A stretch of DNA of 63,684 bases, counting the filler, from Salisapilia sapeloensis CBS 127946 (Eukaryota; Protista; Oomycota): the NCBI GenBank assembly GCA_023334545.1. It is 13 parts of 13 records of this genome, joined end to end, with 100 filler letters (N's around TTAATTAATTAA, not from the genome) between each part and the next. Parts side by side here need not be neighbours in the genome. Positions count along the whole stretch, not along the records: positions 34,491 to 36,407 come from JAADVB010001009.1; positions 36,508 to 38,937 come from JAADVB010000903.1; positions 39,038 to 40,296 come from JAADVB010001225.1; positions 40,397 to 44,230 come from JAADVB010000717.1; 9 more parts are not named here. One strand, given 5' to 3'. This document shows, piece by piece, positions 36,291 through 44,330 of the stretch. Below the pieces are notes generated by a model. It made no database searches, was not told where the DNA came from, and saw nothing but the letters and a program-made list of their open reading frames with translations. Made by a program: the position numbers and the translations under genes. Position 1 is the first letter of the stretch. Each line of letters starts with the position of its first letter.

Positions 36291-36640
36291 TAGACTTGTA
36301 ATCATGTTGTAGTAAATTGCATGGATGTATACAGGCCTTATAGTGTATATAGCTTATTTAAGCTCTGGGCGCGGTACAAGCAGAGAAAAATATACTATTA
36401 GCATTTGNNNNNNNNNNNNNNNNNNNNNNNNNNNNNNNNNNNNNNNNNNNNTTAATTAATTAANNNNNNNNNNNNNNNNNNNNNNNNNNNNNNNNNNNNN
36501 NNNNNNNGGGATGTACCTTTATCGCTACAAAGAGTAGGTACTTGCGTCGGAGTTGACACGCTAGTCAACAACGAAACGATTGCTCGGATTAGGCTTGTTG
36601 GCGTTCACTTTAGTCTAGGAGGGCATCGTGTCGAGGCAGG

Positions 36641-38767
36641 ATGGAGGTCGTGAACGCGTATGCGCTGCAGAGACAGCTGCAGACGCTCCAGGCGGAGAAC
36701 AGCTCGATCGTGAAGCACCTGACGCTCAAGGACAACCACCTGCAGCTCAAAGAGCAGCAGATGCGGGCCATGCAGCAGCGTCTGGAGGACCTGGAGGCGT
36801 CGGTGGCGAGCTGGAAGGACAAGTACTTGCAGCAGGTGAATTTGAACAGTGCGAATGGGAGTGGTGGGGGCGGTAGTGAGACTGTTGGAAACGCAGTGGA
36901 TGCAAGTGGTGCGAATGGAGCCTTGGGCGAGAGCTCTATGGTGTCGGGTGGCAATAACGCAGGTGAGTCGTCTTTGGCGGAGCGCGCCCAAGAAGCGATT
37001 GAAAGGTCGCTGCAGTCAGTGGCGGAGCAAGAGGCGCGAGAAGTGGCGTGGATCGAGTGGAACGGGAGCACGTCGCCGCCCAAGACCGGAGACGCTTGTC
37101 TGGACGCGGCGTCGGCAGCGAGGGAGGTGGCGGAAGCGAACGAGAAGGCTTCAACGGTGCTGAAGAAGAACGTGCAGATGGCGACGGAGCTTTCGGAGAA
37201 CCTGTCGAAGAGCGAGCGGCGGCAGCTGCAGCCTCTGCTGGACTATGCAGTCGGCGTGCTGCACCACTTGTCGTCGTCAGGATCTCCCACGACGGAGGAG
37301 AGACGGGGACTGGAAGAGCTGGTGTTCCACAACGTGAGCGAAGAGATGAGCAAGATCTTGCTGCTGCACCTGCTTCCGGCGCTGACGAAGGCGGGCAAGT
37401 GGGACCGGCCGCTCCGGTGCAGCTCTCGGACGTGCCTGAAGCCGAGCATGGACTTCCGTGTGTCTTCCTCCGGCGGCCGCTCGGTGGTGTCGGAGGCGGA
37501 TTTGTCGAGTGCGAAGAAGAAAGAGTCGAAGCTGGTGAGCTTTTCGAGCTGGAAGAAGGAGGACGCCAAGGCTGTGACTTCGAGGGCGACGGAGACGCTG
37601 CGGGAGAAGAAGGGTCGATCGGGCGACTCTCCTCCTGCTGCGAGCGATCGGGCGTCGTCTGCGGTTCCTTCGAAGCGGGTGGAGGAGAGCGACACGCCGG
37701 ACGCTCGACAGGATGTGCCGGAAGGCGAGGTGGAAGACGACTTTAGCGAGCACGTGTTCGACTGCATCGAGCCGGAGTCTTCTTCGCACCGGCAGACGAG
37801 CTCTTCGTCGATGCCGGCGGCGCCGGTTCCTCTGGTGTTGAGGAGCCACAGTCTCCGGCAGCTGCACCCGAGCAAGGCGGTGTATGTGTCGAAGCCGACG
37901 TCGGGCGCGTCTTCCGTGTCTCTATCGAGCGGCGCGTCAAGCGGACAGACGGAGAGGTCGCAGCGGAGGTACACGCACGTCGGGTACGACGCGTCGGAGT
38001 CGGTTCCGTCGTCTCCACCGCCAGCGTCCGCGGACCCTCTGGCAGCGGCCTCGTCGCATCCGGCGGGGAAGAAGGACCGGAAGGTGAAGAAGCTGGTGGG
38101 TAGCTTCAAGGACCGTTTCCATCGGCACAGTCGGACGTCGACGTCTTCGAAGGACCTGCTGCGGGCTCAGATCGCGGGTCTGACGGACCGCGAGAGTCCG
38201 AAGATGGACACGGATGGACCTTCGCCGGTGTCGTCCCCCGTGCTTCCGGACGTGTCGGCTGCGCGCGTGCTGTGCGACGGGTGCGGACGAGGTCCTCTGC
38301 ACGGGACGACGCACTACCGCTGTCGGACGTGCCAGGTGCACGACGGCCGGGACTATGTGCTGTGCACCAAGTGCTACAGACAGGGCGTCCACGGGAAGGA
38401 GAACGCGACGGACTTGCTAGAGCGCATCCAGGAGCTGGTGGTGGCCAAGTGTCCTGTGCTGGAGTCGTACCCTTCGCTGATGCAGCTTCTGCGCGTGGGC
38501 GTGTGTCGGAACAACGTGAAGAAGTTCAGTTTCTGTCTGACGTGGGTGGCGGATTTGCTCCAGTGCCAGAACACGAAGGCTCTGCGCGCGCGGCAGTTGG
38601 AGGTGTCTCAGATCGAGTCCAAGGACCGGCGGGAGCTCACGCGCGTGCTGACGGAGCTGCTTCGAGACCATCGTCGGGACATTGAGATGCGGACGGAGTG
38701 GAAGCCATCGGAGGAGAAGGAGGTGGACACGCTCAAGATTTGGGTCAAGGACGCCGAGGTCGAGTGA
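36641..38767 (+). CDS. Coiled-coil + ZZ-type zinc finger protein, 708 aa
   Basis: N-terminal heptads, Ser-rich linker, and VLCDGCGRGPLHGTTHYRCRTC...DYVLCTKCYRQGVH. Single exon, very GC-rich. Confidence 0.8.
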   Translation: MEVVNAYALQRQLQTLQAENSSIVKHLTLKDNHLQLKEQQMRAMQQRLEDLEASVASWKDKYLQQVNLNSANGSGGGGSETVGNAVDASGANGALGESSMVSGGNNAGESSLAERAQEAIERSLQSVAEQEAREVAWIEWNGSTSPPKTGDACLDAASAAREVAEANEKASTVLKKNVQMATELSENLSKSERRQLQPLLDYAVGVLHHLSSSGSPTTEERRGLEELVFHNVSEEMSKILLLHLLPALTKAGKWDRPLRCSSRTCLKPSMDFRVSSSGGRSVVSEADLSSAKKKESKLVSFSSWKKEDAKAVTSRATETLREKKGRSGDSPPAASDRASSAVPSKRVEESDTPDARQDVPEGEVEDDFSEHVFDCIEPESSSHRQTSSSSMPAAPVPLVLRSHSLRQLHPSKAVYVSKPTSGASSVSLSSGASSGQTERSQRRYTHVGYDASESVPSSPPPASADPLAAASSHPAGKKDRKVKKLVGSFKDRFHRHSRTSTSSKDLLRAQIAGLTDRESPKMDTDGPSPVSSPVLPDVSAARVLCDGCGRGPLHGTTHYRCRTCQVHDGRDYVLCTKCYRQGVHGKENATDLLERIQELVVAKCPVLESYPSLMQLLRVGVCRNNVKKFSFCLTWVADLLQCQNTKALRARQLEVSQIESKDRRELTRVLTELLRDHRRDIEMRTEWKPSEEKEVDTLKIWVKDAEVE

Positions 38768-39037
38768 CTATGAGATGCGAGTGGAGATGTGGCGTCGATC
38801 GGCGTGAGAGCTCGTTCGATGCGTGTATGAGTGGTAGATTCGGGGTCGTCGTGTGGTTTGTGATTGGCGTTGTCTGTTGCTAGAGCGGAGGTGGAAACCC
38901 TTGGCTTCCATCGATCGGGAGATGGGAGGTGGATAGANNNNNNNNNNNNNNNNNNNNNNNNNNNNNNNNNNNNNNNNNNNNTTAATTAATTAANNNNNNN
39001 NNNNNNNNNNNNNNNNNNNNNNNNNNNNNNNNNNNNN

Positions 39038-40296
39038 TTTACCCAGCCGTGGGCCGGATCTCTGCTTATCTGGAACGAACGGCCAAACAAACTTCAGGGT
39101 CTAGTTACATTGGCTGCAACGAGGTGAGAGATGCCTCCCGAGGTGATTGGTGCGGTTGAATCGCACTAGAGTGTGCCTACCTCAGATAACTGCTTTGAAT
39201 GGGCCGGTCTGAGGTCTACGCGCATCCTTCCATTGCTTCCTGCTCTGGTTGAGATATGGCTGTGTGAGTCCGTTTCACATGATTTTACCGCGTTTCATTG
39301 TGCGTATTCAAATCAAAGAGATCGTCTCCGTGTTGTAGATCGACAGAGATGGTGATCTTTTGGGCATCTGCAGAATTATCACTCGACGGGGCTACCGCAG
39401 TACCACTTGAGCAAAATATGGACGATTTGTTGAGTTTCGGATTCGGTCAGCTCAGGGTTATCGCAGCGATAAACCGCCGCAAGTCTGACGCTTCCACATA
39501 CAGTAACTGCCTTCATTAGAGTTGCTAAAACTTTTGTCCGCACTCTAATCGATGGCCAGTGCTGCCGCTTCCTGCTCTCCAGAACCACGAGAAGCGCTGA
39601 CCTTTCAACAAACAGGTTTCAAATAGCTGGATTGGTTCAAAAGGTTTTGTTCGCTACCATTGCATGTGCACAATGATAACGAGATAGGTTAACTAGATCA
39701 GTATCGTTAATCCAAACTCTTGTATTCTTATTTGACAATAGGTATTTGTTCGAGCATTGCTTTCCTCGAGTATCTTCGTACACTAGTGCGTGATTACCCT
39801 TCACCCATTGGTCATTGACAGCTCCTCATGAGGGTAATCGTGCACATTTTGTAACGGTACGGAGAATGGATTATATTACCACCATAGAGAAGACGCTGAC
39901 ACCAACTACCAAAGGTACGAAGAGTGGAGCAGGGTAAACTTTTTGAAGCGTGTGCAATTCAATCCTTACGATCGGTTGACCTCGCAGGCTGCCGAGCTAA
40001 AACTTTCCCGTAGTAGTATACACGCAGCACCTGCACTGGTCCGCGGGCCTACGGATCTTAATGGAATGCATTAAGTAGATTTGAACGTCACGTTGTCCCA
40101 GCAGCTGTATCTCAACCAGAGCAGGAAAATCCCATTCAAAGCAGTTATCTGAGGCAGGCACACTCTAGTGCGATTCAACCGCACCAATCACCTCGGGAGG
40201 CATCTCTCACCTCGTTGCAGCCAATGTAACTAGACCCTGAAGTTTGTTTGGCCGTTCGTTCCAGATAAGCAGAGATCCGGCCCACGGCTGGGTAAA
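39038..40296. repeat. Contig with terminal inverted repeats (39038-39203 / 40131-40296)
   Basis: 141 nt are exact, with one mismatch at 39179 and 24 more matching nt. A further 20-nt match (39237-39256 / 40108-40127) follows a 30-nt indel. Confidence 0.93.
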
Positions 40297-40794
40297 NNNN
40301 NNNNNNNNNNNNNNNNNNNNNNNNNNNNNNNNNNNNNNNNTTAATTAATTAANNNNNNNNNNNNNNNNNNNNNNNNNNNNNNNNNNNNNNNNNNNNGACG
40401 GTCCGTTTCCGTTCGCGCAGGTCGTGAAGGCGGAGGAGTGGTCGCAAGTCTAACGTAGACAAGGAATATCAGAGCTGAGCTTGAGCTTTAAGTCGATAGT
40501 TGATCGCTTTCTTTGCTGTCTGGTAATCTAGGATTGACAGTGTCGTGGTAGAAGAACCACCACTGTGCGCAGGAGGTATGGACACCTGAATAACGCAAGT
40601 AGAGTTTGCTGAAATGTAGCGTAAATTTGGTCTAGTGATGTAAAAGGTAGCTGCGTCCAAAAGTAATCTCGACCCATGGTCATTTTGTTTGAAACGTGTT
40701 GGGTGGATGTGCATATATCGTCTGCGGGAGTACGATAATCGGAGCAAGCAACTTGCACGTAGACTTATCTCGATCGGTACCTGTGCTTACCGCC

Positions 40795-42772
40795 ATGCAG
40801 CCATTTCGCGGTCCACCACCTCCAGGACAAAGTGAGCCAGCCTTCCTACACTCAAGTACTTGTATTAATCTTATCTTCGTCCTTCTAACCTCGCCTATTT
40901 GCTCTAGACGGTCACCCGCCTCCGCCGCCACGAGGCATGGTTCCACCTCCACGCGGCATGGTTCCTCCTCCTGCTCCCGTAAGTGGTGCTCCTATCCGTC
41001 CACCACCTCCTGGCATGACCTCCTCATTCCCTCCTCCGCCATCCCATGGTGTTTCTACTACTGCAGTGACCACTGGCCTCGGAGCGCCACCGCCACCGCC
41101 TAGAGCCTATCCGTCACGTCCAGCGCAAACTTCAGCTGACACAGAAACCGGTCCCTTGAATGTCTTCGTAGGCAAGTTGCCAACTGATCTACCCGACAGC
41201 TACATTCGCAACATCCTCCAGGCACGAATACTACTTCCTACTTCCATATATTCCATTTTTCTACGCCATATCACGACTAGTACATGCTAACGAGTCTTTA
41301 TATCATTACAGAAATGCGGACAAGTGATGTCATGGAAACGTACGACGGATCCGATGTCTGGGAAACCCAAGGCTTTTGGCTACTGCACCTACTCTTGTGC
41401 TGCAGACGTACTTCGTGCACTTCATTTACTCAACAACCTTCGCGTGGACTCTCGAGAGATCGTCGTGAAAGTTGATAGCAAGACGAAAGAGAAGCTAGAC
41501 ATCTACGAGCAGTCTCTCACACCGCAGCAGCAGCAGGCTGCTAGAGCCAAGGACGAAGAAGTGAAGCAGATCCTCCAATCTCTCTATGAAGTTCGCAGTG
41601 GTGTCCACGGCGGGACACAGAACGACGTGTCTTTCTGGGGAACGCTCGTGGGTGCCAAGGAAGAGAAGAAAGAGGAAGAAAAGGAGGAAGAAGAGGGTCC
41701 TCCTGTGGACGCTGTGCGTGGTAAGATGATCATGACTGAGATTGAGAAATTCCGTTTGGCTCAATTGGAACGCGAGCGACAACAGGATGAAAAACGCCGC
41801 GAGGAAGTTCGAGAGAGATTGCGTCGAGAAGCAGAAGAGCGTGAAGCTCGTGAAAAGGAAAAGGAAAAGGAAAAAGAGAAGGAAAAAGAAAAAGAAAAGG
41901 CCAAACAACTCGCAAGAGATAAACCAAAGGAGCAGCCAAAAGAAAGATCGTCCCGAGACCGATCTCGCAGTCGATCGACGTCTCGTCGCCATCGCTCCAG
42001 GTCTCGCTCTCGATCTCGTCGTCACCGACATAAACGCCATCGATCTTCCAGTCGCAGCCGCAGTCGCAGCCGTCATCGCCATCGACGACGCCATCGTAGC
42101 AGATCGACAGAGAAGAAGCAGCAGGAGCCGATTGTCATTGGCTTGAAAGCAGCGAAGAGGGAGAAGAGCAAACCTGCAGTTGACACTGCCAAGAGCGTCT
42201 TTACGATGGAGGAGAAGGAGGAGGAGAAACCTCAGCGTCCGATTGTCCCTATCGAGTACACGGAAGAAGAGAAACTAGCCGCTGCTCCACTCCAGCAGCG
42301 TGTCGCGGCCACTGTGGCGAAGATCAACAGTCGCCCGAATGTTGTACGTATTCTGTCTAGGCTCGTAATGCTCGTATGGTCATCTAATAGAGTGAACTGT
42401 AGGATGTGAAGAGTCTGATCGACTCGATACCGACGGAAAAGGAAGCTCTATTCTCTTTTCCGATCAAGTGGAGTGTCGTGGATAGTGTAGGTTCCACTTG
42501 CTAATGGTATTTGACAAGAGACTGAGTATCTATGGACATAGAGCCAACTAGTGGATGACAAGATGGCGCCGTGGGTGCGGAAGAAGATTCAAGAGTATCT
42601 AGGGGAAGAAGAAGCGACGATGGAGAGGTTCGTATTAGACCAGTTAAAGCAGCATTCGGCACCTTTAGCCATTCAAGACGAGCTGCGACTCGTCCTGGAT
42701 GACGAGGCCGAAGTCTTCGTGAAACTTTTATGGCGCAAACTGGCGTTTGAAGCGCTTCGAGCGGACAATTGA
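40795..42772 (+). CDS. RBM25: RBM25/Snu71-like splicing factor (Pro-rich, RRM, RE/RS-rich, PWI), 5 exons
   Basis: NVFVGKLP..NILQ|KCGQVMSWKR..GKPKAFGYC (RRM) and WVRKKIQEYLGEEE..LDDEAEVFVKLLWRKL (PWI). Introns at 40832-40907, 41222-41311 (GC-AG), 42344-42402 and 42487-42541. Confidence 0.9.
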
Positions 42773-42785
42773 AACCTCTTTCTCT

Positions 42786-44021
42786 TTATTCCTCCTTCCT
42801 CTTCCTCTTGCGGTTCATTTCAAACGCTGTCATGCCTTTGCCTGATCCGATCACACCCACTCGTCCTTCCAACGTGTCTGGCGACTGGAAGATACTCGAC
42901 CCTTTCTTCACACCCTTCTTCTTCTTGCCCATCTTGCTCTGAAAAGACTTCCAGTCGTGCTGTTTAAGCTTATGCTGGTTCTCTAGCTCTGTCTTTCGAT
43001 TCAAGTTCTTTATGTGCTTGGCACGCTTCTTCTTTCGTTCTCTCTCGGCTTCGCTATCTGTTGGTAGGATCTGCAGGTTCTCCGGTATCTTAATCAACTT
43101 GTCTACGATCTTATCTTTCGATGGAAGTGTTGATGCAGGTGTGGAGGTAGCAGACGCTTGGGGAGTGGAAATGGACCGAAGGTACGAATACGGCACTTCC
43201 TCGGAATTACCGTAGCCGTCGAAGAGGACGGTGAACCCGTATGGAGTGACTTGTGTGACGGAGCAAGGATAGATCTGACCATCGACATAGTACTTGGCTT
43301 CACACTTGTATCCCGACGTGATTTCGTTAGATGGTGGAGTGTCCTCCGTTCGAATGGGCTCGATAGAACGTAATTCGGATGATGGCAGTTCATCTTCGGT
43401 ATGGAAACCTAGGTACTTGACCTGATACTGACCGGAAGATGACATGCTCTGGATGTATGCAGGGTACCAAAGGCCTTGCGATCTGACTTCCACCACTGTT
43501 CCAATCTCAAACTCGGACGCTAGAGACATCACTTCAGTATGACTGGCATATCATTGCAAGAGCTAGGTAGAGGCTACCTGGGGCATCTTCGACAGAAGGA
43601 TTGTCATTAGATTTTGGCTGTATTACTTCAGTTGTATCGGAAGTTTCTTGCTTTTGATCGGACTGATCCGAATTGGCATTCTTGAGCTCCAACTACTCGC
43701 GATTGTAGACGTCAGCTACTATTCCTCTTATCGACGACAAGCTATTCACTCCAATTGATCGATTCCATCACTTTTATTCGATCAACGAGAGGTTTAGACA
43801 TGCCTTTATGATCTATTTAGATGAAAATGAAGACTTGGAGTGCTACATACCATTTGTCGAGTAAGCTGTATGACTTCTAAAAGGTCTTTCGCGACACTTT
43901 GATACTCCTCATTCTGCGGATCATTCTCAAGAAGTTGCTGAATACTTTCGAGCTGCTCCGTGAATGTCGCTAGACGCTGCTGGAGCTCACTCACGCTCAA
44001 ATCTGCCGCGCCTGCCTCCAT
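42786..44021 (-). CDS. SMNDC1: SPF30/SMNDC1-like spliceosomal Tudor protein, 3 exons
   Basis: N-terminal QLESIQQLLENDPQNEEY..DLLEVIQLT, two Tudor-like modules, and C-terminal LQILPTDSE..KQHDWKSF..SIFQSPD..GRVGVIGSGKGMT. Confidence 0.85.
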
Positions 44022-44330
44022 ACTTTTCGCTTGTTCGAAATTGATCAGTATAACGACACATTCCCTCGTTTAATGACAAAATGACACTATCAATCCTAGA
44101 TTACCAGACAGCAAAGAAAGCGATCAACTATCGACTTAAAGCTCAAGCTCAGCTCTGATATTCCTTGTCTACGTTAGACTTGCGACCACTCCTCCGCCTT
44201 CACGACCTGCGCGAACGGAAACGGACCGTCNNNNNNNNNNNNNNNNNNNNNNNNNNNNNNNNNNNNNNNNNNNNTTAATTAATTAANNNNNNNNNNNNNN
44301 NNNNNNNNNNNNNNNNNNNNNNNNNNNNNN

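Larger units (their letters stand above)
34491..36407. repeat. Contig whose ends are an exact 141-bp inverted repeat (34491-34631 / 36267-36407)
   Basis: Base-by-base reverse-complement identity for 141 nt, then divergence. Confidence 0.95.
40397..44230. repeat. Contig with terminal inverted repeats (40397-40537 / 44090-44230)
   Basis: 141 nt are exact, then one mismatch and 6 more matching nt. Confidence 0.93.

Noticed and set aside
36605-38685. Long antisense and alternate-frame ORFs (also within TPS, CAP-D2, cyclophilin, USP, ADH)
   Set aside because: These are shadow ORFs from GC-rich codon usage with no domain signal.
41840-42110. GAAAAG and CGATCT-type tandem repeats
   Set aside because: They are explained by the KE and RS dipeptide tracts of RBM25.
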